Source: a virus. From it: DNA of 51,807 nucleotides. Positions within the stretch are counted from its first letter, which is position 1. Each line of letters begins with the position of its first letter. Below, in pieces: positions 17,333 to 26,553 of this stretch. A program made the translations under genes and the position numbers. A model generated the notes under the pieces. The model did not search any database. It was not told where the DNA came from and was given only the letters and a program-made list of their open reading frames with translations. Location of the stretch: IMG/VR virus record IMGVR_UViG_3300048919_000084, positions 1 through 51,807 of that record; one strand, 5' to 3'.

Positions 17333-20300
17333 ATGTCAAAAATTATCAGCGTCATGAAAGGCGGCGGAAGCACTCCGCACCAGCCTGTTGAACAGGATGA
17401 CAACCTGATTTCAAAGGATAAGATTAAGATCCTGTTGGCTGTATCAGATGGAGAGGTTGAGAACGAGGATTCTTACTCAATCCTCCAGAAGTTGCTGATC
17501 AATGACGTTCCTGTCATTGGTGCAAACGGCACTGTTAACTATCCGGGAGTTACTGCAGAGTTTCGCCCCGGCACGCAGACGCAGGATTACATTCAGGGTT
17601 TCACCGAGTCTAACAATGAGATTACCGTTCAGCGCCCACTTACAGTTGATAACCCGTTTATCATCAGCGCAACCAACCAGAACTTGAGCGCTATCCGCGT
17701 CAGAATCATGACTGACAGGCTTGTTCAGACTTTGGACAATGGCGACACGGTAGGTGCTCGCGTTGAGTTTCGCTTTGATATGGCGGTCGATGGTGGCCCA
17801 TATCAGACTGTTCTCACTGACGCATTTGACGGAAAAAATACCAGTGGATATGACAGAAGCATTCGCCTTAACCTGCCAATCTCTTACAGCCAGATTCTTA
17901 TCCGGGTTGTTCGCGTGACGCCGGACAGCACAACAGATCGCATCCAGGATGCAATCCGCGTGCAGGCTTACAGCGAAGTTATTGATGCAAAGTTCCGCTA
18001 TCCGCTGACTGGATTGCTTTACGTTGAGTTCGGTTCAGACCTTTTCCCGACTCAGCTACCAACAATTTCACTCAACAAGAAGTGGAAGATAATCCAGGTT
18101 CCTACCAATTACGATCCGGTACAGAGAACATATAGCGGAGCATGGGACGGAACGTTTAAATGGGCCTGGAGCAACAATCCGGCATGGGTAACGTATGACC
18201 TGATCATGAATCAGCGTTACGGACTGGATCAGCGAGAGCTTGGCATTGCTCTTGATAAGTGGAGCCTGTACGAGGCTGGCGTTTATTGTGACCAGCTGGT
18301 GCCAGACGGTCACGGCGGAACGGAGCCGCGTTATCTATGTGACATGGTTGTGCAGTCTCAGGTTGAGGCATACACCATAATCAGAGACATGTGCTCAATC
18401 TTCCGTGGTATGTCATTCTACAACGGTGAAAGTCTGTCAATCGTTATCGATAAGCCTCGCGATCCGGTTTACCTCTTCACCAATGACAACGTTGTTGATG
18501 GCTCTTTCGTTCGCACGTTTGCAAGTGACAAGAGCATGTACACAGCATGCAACGTGATGTTTGATGACCGTGAGAACATGTACAACCAGGACGTTGAGCC
18601 GGTTTTTGATACTGATGCCGCTCGCCGATTTGGCAACAACCCAACAGAGATAACAGCTATTGGGTGTACGCGCCGAAGCGAGGCTAATCGCCGTGGACGC
18701 TGGATTATCAAGACAAACCTCAGAAGCACTGTTGTGAACTTTGCAACCGGCCTTGAGGGAATGATTCCGATGATTGGCGATGTGATTTCAGTTGCAGACG
18801 CGCACTGGCAGTCAAACTATTTGCTGAATCTTTCTGGTCGTGTTGCTGAGGTTTCCGGCCTGCAGATTTTCACCAACTTCAGGGTTGATGGTCGTCCAGG
18901 TGATTTTGTGATTGTTAACCGTCCTGATGGCATTCCTCAGCGCCGGACAATTGCCAGCGTCACCCCGGATGGCAAGACAATGACGCTTAACACTGGATTT
19001 GGCTTTGAAGTTAAGCCTGATGCGGTATTTGCAATTGAACGTGTCGATCTGGCAATGGAAAAATATGTCGTCACCAAGATCGAGAAAGGCGATGATGATG
19101 AGGAGTTTGTTCACCGAATCACTGCCGTTGAGTACGATGAAACGAAATATGACGCTATTGATTACGGCGTCGTAATTGACAGCAGGCCAACAAGCGTTGT
19201 CGATCCTGATATCATGAAAGCTCCAGAGAACGTCCAGTTAAGTTCATTCTCTCGCCTTGTTCAGGGCATGAGCGTAGAAACGATGGTTGTTTCATGGGAT
19301 AAGGTGCCTTACGCGTCAGTTTATGAGGTTCAGTGGAGAAAAGACCAGAACAACTGGCAGAACGTGCCGCAAACGCCAACAACTGAGATTCAGCTTGAGG
19401 GTATCTACGCAGGCGTTTACCAGGTTCGAGTCAGGTCTGTTTCAGCTGGAGATAATGCCTCTCCATGGTCTGAGGTCGTATCTAAATCCCTGACCGGTAA
19501 AGTTGGCAAGCCAAACAAGCCGATCAATCTGACAGCGACTCAGGATGAGGTGTTCGGGATAAGGGTTAAGTGGGGAATGCCGGAAAACTCAGGAGACACA
19601 GCCTACATCGAGTTGCAGCAGTCAAAAACCGGTCAGGCTGATAACGCATCTTTGCTGAGCCTCATTCCTTACCCACAGGCTGAGTACTGGCATAGCATAT
19701 TGCCATCTGGCTTTACCAACTATTATCGAGCCAGGGCGATAGACAAGATCGGGAACTACTCTGACTTTACAGATTTCGTTTTCGGTATGGCGACAGATGA
19801 TTTTGACGCAATCGCTGAGGTAGTAAAAATTGATATTGAAAACAGCGACGCTTACAAGGAGCTTAAAAAGGATATCTTTGAAGTTCAGGATGAGGTAAGG
19901 CAGAACGCAGCCAAAACCAGAAATCAGGCCGAGTCAGCGATTGAGAATGCATTGGCAAACAATACTGACGTAATCAGGATGACCAAAGAGAACGGAGCAA
20001 GAAAGGCAGAGTACCGACAGGCCGTTCAGTTAATTGCCGATGAAACTCAGGCAAGAGCAAGCGCCATTACGCAGCTTTCTGTTGAGTTCGACGACAAGAT
20101 AACGGCATCTGTCACAAGGCTTGATGAGGCAATAGCAACCGAAGCTGAAGCGAGAGCGCAGGCAATAACGCAACTTAAAACAGAGATTGACGATGACATA
20201 AAATCAAGCATCACTGAAGTTCAGGAGTCCGTAAGTAATTTGGAGCAAAGTACGGCAACTACCTTCCAGCAGCTTGAAACAAGATTCCAAGACAACGAAT

Positions 20301-20863
20301 CATCCATTGTAAATAACCAGCAGGCGATCACTAATGAGACTCAGGCACGTGCGCAGGCAGACCAGAACTTAAACTCAACCATTAGTGGTGTTAGTGCTGC
20401 AGTTCAGACAAAGGTTAACACCTATGCAACTGAAAATGGCCAGGTTGGAGGTATTTATGCAGTAAACCTTGGTGCTAAAGTTAACGGACAGGCACTTCAG
20501 GCAGGATTCTCAATTGCAATTGACAACAGCAACGGACAGCTTAAAGCCAGGAGTTTTTGGGATGTAGATCAGTTTGCAATCGGAAGGGCCGGCCAAAATC
20601 TTGACTTGCCATTCTTCATCGACGGCGGGCAGGTTTACATGAGAAGTGCTATAATCAAGGACGGCTCAATTACCAACGCAAAAATTGGTAATACAATCCA
20701 GTCCAACAACTATCAGCCAAACGTTGCAGGCTGGTCACTTGATAAGGGTGGCAACTTTGCAATAAACGGAAGTGACGGTGCTGGTAGAATGGTTATTAAC
20801 AATACGCAGATTCTGGTTTACGATCAGGCAGGCGTTTTACGAGTAGTTTTAGGGAGGCAGTAA
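17333..20863 (+). CDS. tail tip / host specificity protein (lambda J-like)
   Basis: 1176 aa. FN3-like segment (SWDKVPYASVYEVQWRK...) and C-terminal ETQARA..ITQL repeats. ATG at 17333 after aaggggg. Confidence 0.9.
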   Translation: MSKIISVMKGGGSTPHQPVEQDDNLISKDKIKILLAVSDGEVENEDSYSILQKLLINDVPVIGANGTVNYPGVTAEFRPGTQTQDYIQGFTESNNEITVQRPLTVDNPFIISATNQNLSAIRVRIMTDRLVQTLDNGDTVGARVEFRFDMAVDGGPYQTVLTDAFDGKNTSGYDRSIRLNLPISYSQILIRVVRVTPDSTTDRIQDAIRVQAYSEVIDAKFRYPLTGLLYVEFGSDLFPTQLPTISLNKKWKIIQVPTNYDPVQRTYSGAWDGTFKWAWSNNPAWVTYDLIMNQRYGLDQRELGIALDKWSLYEAGVYCDQLVPDGHGGTEPRYLCDMVVQSQVEAYTIIRDMCSIFRGMSFYNGESLSIVIDKPRDPVYLFTNDNVVDGSFVRTFASDKSMYTACNVMFDDRENMYNQDVEPVFDTDAARRFGNNPTEITAIGCTRRSEANRRGRWIIKTNLRSTVVNFATGLEGMIPMIGDVISVADAHWQSNYLLNLSGRVAEVSGLQIFTNFRVDGRPGDFVIVNRPDGIPQRRTIASVTPDGKTMTLNTGFGFEVKPDAVFAIERVDLAMEKYVVTKIEKGDDDEEFVHRITAVEYDETKYDAIDYGVVIDSRPTSVVDPDIMKAPENVQLSSFSRLVQGMSVETMVVSWDKVPYASVYEVQWRKDQNNWQNVPQTPTTEIQLEGIYAGVYQVRVRSVSAGDNASPWSEVVSKSLTGKVGKPNKPINLTATQDEVFGIRVKWGMPENSGDTAYIELQQSKTGQADNASLLSLIPYPQAEYWHSILPSGFTNYYRARAIDKIGNYSDFTDFVFGMATDDFDAIAEVVKIDIENSDAYKELKKDIFEVQDEVRQNAAKTRNQAESAIENALANNTDVIRMTKENGARKAEYRQAVQLIADETQARASAITQLSVEFDDKITASVTRLDEAIATEAEARAQAITQLKTEIDDDIKSSITEVQESVSNLEQSTATTFQQLETRFQDNESSIVNNQQAITNETQARAQADQNLNSTISGVSAAVQTKVNTYATENGQVGGIYAVNLGAKVNGQALQAGFSIAIDNSNGQLKARSFWDVDQFAIGRAGQNLDLPFFIDGGQVYMRSAIIKDGSITNAKIGNTIQSNNYQPNVAGWSLDKGGNFAINGSDGAGRMVINNTQILVYDQAGVLRVVLGRQ

Positions 20864-20864
20864 A

Positions 20865-21929
20865 ATGGCTTATGGACTCAGGGTGACAAATGATGACGGG
20901 CGCATGATGACACTTGATGGATCAATGCGTTTCGCATCATACCTTGGGACGGTTCAAGCGGTTTCAGGAGGGAACGCCGGTGGCGTTTCCCGCCCGATTC
21001 TTGCGGGGGCATCCCCGCTTATCGTTCCTAGAGAGATGGTTTTTATTGCTTCTGCTGGTAGCGGCAGCGGTCCTGGAATGTCTGTAATAACCGGACTTTC
21101 ATTCTCTGGAAACACGCTAAACTATTCAACAAAGCAATTTAACAACCTTGGAAATGGCGTTCCAATTGGAAATATAGACGTTTTCTCAGTTCAGGGCGCG
21201 GCCTCTCATCAAGGGTATGGAATGTCAATTTTTGGTGGTTCAAACTTTGTCGAGATCAATGACACCTCATATTGTGGCGTCGTTACTTACATCGACACAG
21301 TTAACATCAATGGATGGTGGCCCGTCCCGGCGAATATAGTTGCAATGGGTAACTACGTTGTTTTTGCCAGATGGAACAACACGGACAACCCTCTATTTTT
21401 TGACCGTGCAAATAATGGTATATCGGTATGGAGTGGATTTAGCTCAGCTGATGGGGCGGTGCAGCAAGGTGTAGTTAACGGCGTTCAGATCGTGATTGTG
21501 TCTTGCGGATTCAGCCCAGCCCCTCCAGCCTCCGGTTACGGACTGACAATCAGAAACGCATCGGGACAAATAACATACAGCAGCAAGTATGCTCCAGTTG
21601 CATGGACTGATGCCTACTACAGCATGCCTGGATATGAGGAGTACAGCGGTTCTAATGGGGACGTAAATAAATGGGTTGGTCCAACAGGCACGGTTGCTTA
21701 CCCAATGGTCCCGTTGTGCACTCTTGGCTTTGGTAGGGGTGATTACTCAAGGAACCAGCAGAACATCTATTACTTTTATAAATCACTGTTGACGGGTTTT
21801 AAAATGTCTGGAAATCAGATCACCAACTCACGGTGTAAGCCAAGGGGGGAAATCGAAAGATACATCAGCCCAAGGGCGTGTGCGGCGGCGGTAAACCTTC
21901 CATGTATTGATGCTGCTTATTACTTCTAA
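20865..21929 (+). CDS. hypothetical tail-associated protein (354 aa)
   Basis: Coupled to the end of the J-like gene. Gly/Ser/Asn-rich. Confidence 0.5.
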   Translation: MAYGLRVTNDDGRMMTLDGSMRFASYLGTVQAVSGGNAGGVSRPILAGASPLIVPREMVFIASAGSGSGPGMSVITGLSFSGNTLNYSTKQFNNLGNGVPIGNIDVFSVQGAASHQGYGMSIFGGSNFVEINDTSYCGVVTYIDTVNINGWWPVPANIVAMGNYVVFARWNNTDNPLFFDRANNGISVWSGFSSADGAVQQGVVNGVQIVIVSCGFSPAPPASGYGLTIRNASGQITYSSKYAPVAWTDAYYSMPGYEEYSGSNGDVNKWVGPTGTVAYPMVPLCTLGFGRGDYSRNQQNIYYFYKSLLTGFKMSGNQITNSRCKPRGEIERYISPRACAAAVNLPCIDAAYYF

Positions 21930-21931
21930 AT

Positions 21932-21956
21932 AAAAAGGGGCTTTCGCCCCTTTCTT
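21932..21956. terminator. bidirectional terminator between convergent genes
   Basis: aaaaggggc-tttc-gccccttt with A/T runs on both sides. Confidence 0.7.
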
Positions 21957-21957
21957 G

Positions 21958-22182
21958 TTACCAGCTTTTTGTTTTGGTGCTGACTGTTCCGGAAATTTCA
22001 TTTCCAGATTTAACAAGGCCAGTGTATCGCATGTCAACATCACCCGATGGAACTGACTCACCATCCATATAGGTCAGTACGCAGGTGCCGCCTACAGCAG
22101 TGATACAATCCCCGTTTTTGTGGTTAGATGCGCAACCGGTCAGGGCTGATACGATCACAAACAGAGAGATTAACTTTTTCAT
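21958..22182 (-). CDS. small lipoprotein, candidate receptor-blocking superinfection-exclusion factor (Cor/Llp-like)
   Basis: Signal peptide plus lipobox MKKLISLFVIVSALTGC. 74 aa. Opposite strand, next to the receptor-binding genes. Confidence 0.6.
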   Translation of the reverse strand: MKKLISLFVIVSALTGCASNHKNGDCITAVGGTCVLTYMDGESVPSGDVDMRYTGLVKSGNEISGTVSTKTKSW

Positions 22183-22223
22183 GGGATTTCCTATTTTTGA
22201 GATTAAATTGTTTTGCTTCGATG

Positions 22224-22232
22224 TGGTAGACT
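22224..22232 (+). promoter_or_regulatory. extended -10-like TGgTAGACT ahead of the tail fibre gene
   Basis: Overlaps the minus-strand TATAGT of E16 face to face. Confidence 0.25.
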
Positions 22233-22272
22233 ATACATCAACCAAAATTTGGGTTTTAACAAAAAGTGCTAA
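22230..22272 (-). promoter_or_regulatory. marbox-type promoter cassette E16 (drives the lipoprotein gene)
   Basis: Minus strand reads TTAGCACTTTTTGTTAAAAC, 17 bp, TATAGT. 12/14 marbox positions. ATG 48 nt downstream. Confidence 0.55.
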
Positions 22273-22282
22273 GGGGTAAAAG

Positions 22283-24193
22283 ATGGCAATTTACAGAGAT
22301 GGTACGGCTTCGCTTTCAGCCAATGGCAAGGCAACCGGGACCGGTACACAGTGGACTAAACCGCTCTCGCTTATCCGTGTTGGGGCAACTGTAATATTCC
22401 TGAGCGGTTCTAAGCCAGTATTGGGAACTATCTCAGAGATCCTGAGTGATACCGAGATGAATCTCACGTCAACAAACGGTGAACAGGCTGCTGATGGTGA
22501 GTATGCAATTCTTGTTCATGATAGCTTAACTGTTGAGGGGCTTGCTCAGGATGTTACCGAAACGCTAAGGTATTACCAAAGCAGCGAGACGGCAGTTTCA
22601 GATGGGCTTGAAAGCGTAGGGCAATTCGTTACTGAAGCAAAAAATAGTGCCACTGCAGCAAAGCAGAGTGAAAAAAACTCAAAGACTAGCGAGACAAACG
22701 CAAAGTCAAGCGAAAATTATGCATACAACTCATCGCAAGAAGCAAAAACTAGCGAGACAAACGCAAAGTCAAGCGAAAATTATGCATACAACTCATCGCA
22801 AGAAGCAAAAACTAGCGAGGTGAATGCTGCAGCCAGTGCAAGGACTGCTCAAGAGGGAGCCGCTACAGTCGCAAACAAGGCAAATAAAGGAGTTAACTCA
22901 GACATAACAAAACTTAAAGGCCTTGTATCCGATGGATCCACATGGCTGGAAGAGGCCGATCTAAACGCCGGTGAGGGTGAAAGAGGAGTTAATCTTACAT
23001 CCACAAACAGCGTTGGTGTCAGTTTTGGCACCGAAAGCCAGAACGGTGGTGCATCTGTATTCCATAACTTCACTAAAGGAGTAGGTGGGGCTAATACTAA
23101 AGATAAAGCTATCATAGGGGGGTATGGTTCGCGTCCATGGGACGGTATTAACTACACAGCGCATTCCAACGCGGCGATACACTTTGTGCAGGATGGCGAT
23201 ACCACCACCACCAACCACGGAGGCTGGTTACGCCTTTTGGTTACGCCTAAAGGTAAAACCGTTAATAACCGGTATTCTCCATTTATTTTAAGCAACAATG
23301 GCGACACGATTATAGGTAAAGATGTGCCTCTTCACGGCTTTAACGGCGCAGCTTTTCAGGCTAATTTTTCTGATTTTGAAGGTAGAGGCCTGAAGCAGGT
23401 AGTTAATAATGTAAATGAATTACAGCTGTTGACCGGCATAACCCAGGGATCTAGCTGCTCCGGCAACATCAGGTTCAACGCATGCGGTGGATCTCCTCTC
23501 AACCCGGGACCGTTGCAGGCAAACTCCAGCATGTACTTCTCAATGGCGGGTTTCGATGGATCGGCATGGGTTTCTGCTGGTGCTATTATGCAGATGTCAG
23601 CGCCAACATCGTGGAGCACAACTAACCGAGGCTGTGAGATAACGTTTGGCACAACAGCCAATGGAACCATAACGCGATATAACCGATGGGTTATTCAAAA
23701 TGATGGACATTTGGCCCCTTCATTTGATAATAACGTTTCTGTCGGTTGGGCACAGAAAAGGGTTACTGCTGTTTATGCGGTTAATGGAACTGTTCAGACC
23801 TCTGATGGAAGGCTAAAAACTGAGGTTCGTGAATTCTCAGATGCTGAGGTTGCAGCTGCTTGTGCTCTTTCAAAAGAGATCGGGTTTTGGAAGTGGCGGG
23901 AAAAAGTAGCTATCGAGGGAGATCAGGCGAGATCGCATGTTGGTATGACGGTTCAGAGAGCTATTGAAGTGATGGAGTCTTTTGGTCTTGACCCGATGAG
24001 CTACGGATTTATTTGCTATGACTCATGGGACGAATCGACAGAGGTTAACGAATTTGACTCTGATGGAAATGGAATTGAAAACAAATTGCCCGCCGGAGAC
24101 CGTTACAGCTTCAGGTATGAGCAGTTGAACTTATTTATTGCTCGTGGATTTGAGAAGAGACTGAGTGATATTGAGGAAATGCTGAAAAAATAA
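22283..24193 (+). CDS. side tail fibre with C-terminal S74-type intramolecular chaperone domain
   Basis: SDGRLKTEV Ser-Lys motif near residue 507. Repeated SETNAKSSENYAYNSSQEAKT. 636 aa. Confidence 0.8.
   Translation: MAIYRDGTASLSANGKATGTGTQWTKPLSLIRVGATVIFLSGSKPVLGTISEILSDTEMNLTSTNGEQAADGEYAILVHDSLTVEGLAQDVTETLRYYQSSETAVSDGLESVGQFVTEAKNSATAAKQSEKNSKTSETNAKSSENYAYNSSQEAKTSETNAKSSENYAYNSSQEAKTSEVNAAASARTAQEGAATVANKANKGVNSDITKLKGLVSDGSTWLEEADLNAGEGERGVNLTSTNSVGVSFGTESQNGGASVFHNFTKGVGGANTKDKAIIGGYGSRPWDGINYTAHSNAAIHFVQDGDTTTTNHGGWLRLLVTPKGKTVNNRYSPFILSNNGDTIIGKDVPLHGFNGAAFQANFSDFEGRGLKQVVNNVNELQLLTGITQGSSCSGNIRFNACGGSPLNPGPLQANSSMYFSMAGFDGSAWVSAGAIMQMSAPTSWSTTNRGCEITFGTTANGTITRYNRWVIQNDGHLAPSFDNNVSVGWAQKRVTAVYAVNGTVQTSDGRLKTEVREFSDAEVAAACALSKEIGFWKWREKVAIEGDQARSHVGMTVQRAIEVMESFGLDPMSYGFICYDSWDESTEVNEFDSDGNGIENKLPAGDRYSFRYEQLNLFIARGFEKRLSDIEEMLKK
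22685..22810 (+). repeat. perfect 63-bp tandem duplication (2 copies plus 9 bp of a third) inside the tail fibre gene
   Basis: 22685-22747 equals 22748-22810 exactly (actagcgagacaaacgc...gaagcaaaa). Confidence 0.9.
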
Positions 24194-24222
24194 AAAAGGA
24201 GCCGAAAGGCTCCTTTTCTTTT
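24193..24222. terminator. bidirectional terminator (tail fibre / ssb)
   Basis: aaaaaggagcc-gaaa-ggctcctttt. Confidence 0.75.
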
Positions 24223-24223
24223 A

Positions 24224-24676
24224 TCAAAATGGAATGTCGTCGTCGAAATCCATTGGTGGTTGCCCGCCTGAGTGATTGGATACACCGCCGTTACTTTGCT
24301 GTCGCTGTTGCTGTTGCTGTGGCTGTGGCTGTTGAGGCTGTCCCCACCCATTTTGCTGTTGCCCCTGGTTTGCGTCCATCTGTCCAAACTCAAGGTTAGC
24401 GAAACCCGCAGCCTGCAGTGTGATGTAAGTCGTGCCGTTATGCTCTCGCTGGTTAACCTTCAGCTTGTCACACGTGACAGTTACGACTTTGCCAACTTTC
24501 AATGCGCTATCATACCAGCGCTGCATACCTTCTGAGTTAGCCTTGAAAAAGAAAGCATAGTTCGTATAGTGACGATTACCTTCTCGGTCTTTGTAAGACT
24601 CAGCCAGCTCAACAATTAGAGTGCCATTATCCAGGCGTCGCGGTTCTTTTCTGATTTCACCAGTGATTACGTGCAT
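24224..24676 (-). CDS. ssb: single-stranded DNA-binding protein
   Basis: OB-fold-like N-terminus, Gln/Pro/Gly-rich linker, canonical C-terminal DFDDDIPF. Confidence 0.9.
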   Translation of the reverse strand: MHVITGEIRKEPRRLDNGTLIVELAESYKDREGNRHYTNYAFFFKANSEGMQRWYDSALKVGKVVTVTCDKLKVNQREHNGTTYITLQAAGFANLEFGQMDANQGQQQNGWGQPQQPQPQQQQQRQQSNGGVSNHSGGQPPMDFDDDIPF

Positions 24677-24715
24677 TTGATACCTCGTTAATTTGCGGCC
24701 AGCAGGCCGCTGTTG

Positions 24716-25387
24716 TTATTCGAAACTTTCAATGGATTGCGGATTGGATTGTACAGGCTCAGCAGTGGGTGATGCAACCTGAGCGGAAACGTTTTGTTTG
24801 TCACCCTTCTTGGCTGGCTGGAATCCGCCCTTTGCTTGCGGTACTGACATTGATGCTTTGCGCTGCTCGTAGTGACTCTGGACGACAGGGCGACTCGCGG
24901 CGTCGCTACCGGCCCAAGCCTTTTTAAATTCTTCCTGCAGATCCTCAAGGGTCTCGCATTTGTCGAGAGATTTTTTCCAGTCACTTGCCTTTTTGATTGA
25001 GCGTTCAGCATCATCATCAGCCTGGCTAAGACCAAAGCACGCCGCAAGGGCATATCGACGGGCGTAAGTGAAAGCAGATCCAGTGCCCTGAGCATCTTTC
25101 TTTGAAACGGGCATTACTGTGAAGTAGCTGATCCATTGGCCTGATGAGTGGCGAACAGTGGTTATCACTTTAAGCATGTCAATAGTTGAATCTTCCGTCA
25201 TTGACTGCTCAATCCAAAGCTCATTAGCAGTTAGCGGCGGCTCAATCGTATCAAGGACGCTATCAAGGGTTGCATAGCTGGCTTTAGTGTGACCGTTAAC
25301 CTTATCCTTAAGTACTTTCACGAAACCCACGCGAGCCTTAAAAAGTGCCGGGAAAAGTAATTCGGTCTTTTCTGATGTTTGTTGCAT
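24716..25387 (-). CDS. erf: ERF-family single-strand annealing protein
   Basis: ASYATLDSVLDTIEPPL and GSAFTYARRYALAACFGLSQADDDAE match the conserved blocks of P22 Erf. Confidence 0.8.
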   Translation of the reverse strand: MQQTSEKTELLFPALFKARVGFVKVLKDKVNGHTKASYATLDSVLDTIEPPLTANELWIEQSMTEDSTIDMLKVITTVRHSSGQWISYFTVMPVSKKDAQGTGSAFTYARRYALAACFGLSQADDDAERSIKKASDWKKSLDKCETLEDLQEEFKKAWAGSDAASRPVVQSHYEQRKASMSVPQAKGGFQPAKKGDKQNVSAQVASPTAEPVQSNPQSIESFE

Positions 25388-25447
25388 TTTGAGTCTCCTT
25401 TGAAAGTGAGGGCAATTATATCATCTGCCCTCACAATTTATTAGCTT

Positions 25448-26476
25448 TTAGTGCTGTTGAAAAATGTCTTTATGCTGGAACTTAACAAAGTCAGGGGTTG
25501 GCAGCTTAACAGATGGCGCGTTGTTTTCGTATCCTGGCCACACATCAGCCGCCTGGCATGCGTTGAACTGGTGGATTACGCTCACGTACTGCTTGCGGCC
25601 CAACTGAATTTGCTCATCATCAAAAATGAATCCCATCGGCAAGAAAGGCTCTTTTTTCTCTTGAGCGAGCAGCTGAACGATGATGGGGCAAGTTTCTTTG
25701 AATGCTGCTTTAAACAGGTCTCGCTGCAGCGCCATTTTCAAGTAGTAACCAAAGTTATAAGCGTGGCGTCCGAATTCGGATGGCTTTACGCTCTGAGTGG
25801 TCTTGTAATCGGTTATAACTACAACTTCATCATAATGCACGCCATCAATAACGACGTCATACAGCTTGTCTACGTGGTCAATACGGACCTTAACTTTTAC
25901 GCCAAAAATTACGCCAAAAATTGAGATTTCACGTTGAGCAGTTTGGCTGTTGATGATGGCTGCGTGCTCAGGGATATTTAGCAGAGTTGCACGCATAGCG
26001 ATGCACTTATCGTAATCTTCACCTTTTACAAGCTCAACGCCATCACGGCGAGCCTCTGATTCCTGAATCTGTTCAATTAGCCACATAACATTAAGGTCGA
26101 TTTCATTTTTAACCATCATTTCAATCAGATCTGGATACTGCTTGCCTGACGTACCAATCAGGCCACAGGCTTTCAGCTTCGATGCCAGTGCGGTTTGTGA
26201 CGTTATTGCATCCTTGATCTCATCGGCAACGGCAGCGCGGCGATAGGTTGAGTTGAATCGCTCAATCTCAAGCATGATCGTGTGCGACTGAGTACCAAAC
26301 TCCAGAGCCTTTCCTGGTTCTCGAACTGCAAATCGCCATGCAGCCGGGCAGGTTGAGTAGATATCTGAAAGGCTCGATCCTGAAACGTACTCAGCACACC
26401 ATGAGTCTTTGCTGTGATACTCATCGTTTGAAAGCTGGTCATTGGTAAAGATTTTGAACTCTGAATTAGTGTTCAT
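25448..26476 (-). CDS. PD-(D/E)XK (RecB/Cas4-like) exonuclease
   Basis: IDHVD...VVITDYKTT nuclease motif. Start taken at the ATG 8 nt after GGAG (26476), not the track start. Confidence 0.7.
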   Translation of the reverse strand: MNTNSEFKIFTNDQLSNDEYHSKDSWCAEYVSGSSLSDIYSTCPAAWRFAVREPGKALEFGTQSHTIMLEIERFNSTYRRAAVADEIKDAITSQTALASKLKACGLIGTSGKQYPDLIEMMVKNEIDLNVMWLIEQIQESEARRDGVELVKGEDYDKCIAMRATLLNIPEHAAIINSQTAQREISIFGVIFGVKVKVRIDHVDKLYDVVIDGVHYDEVVVITDYKTTQSVKPSEFGRHAYNFGYYLKMALQRDLFKAAFKETCPIIVQLLAQEKKEPFLPMGFIFDDEQIQLGRKQYVSVIHQFNACQAADVWPGYENNAPSVKLPTPDFVKFQHKDIFQQH

Positions 26477-26505
26477 TGCTATTACTCCGTGTTGTCTGTG
26501 CGGTG

Positions 26506-26549
26506 ATACTACTTTCCAGCCAGGTCCATTGCAAGTCAAAAAGTGCTAT
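26506..26549 (-). promoter_or_regulatory. marbox-type promoter cassette E13 (recombination operon)
   Basis: ATAGCACTTTTTGACTTGCA, 18 bp, TAGTAT. The RE1 half is intact and the RE2 half is replaced by TTGACT (10/14). ATG 30 nt downstream. Confidence 0.5.
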
Positions 26550-26553
26550 TTGA

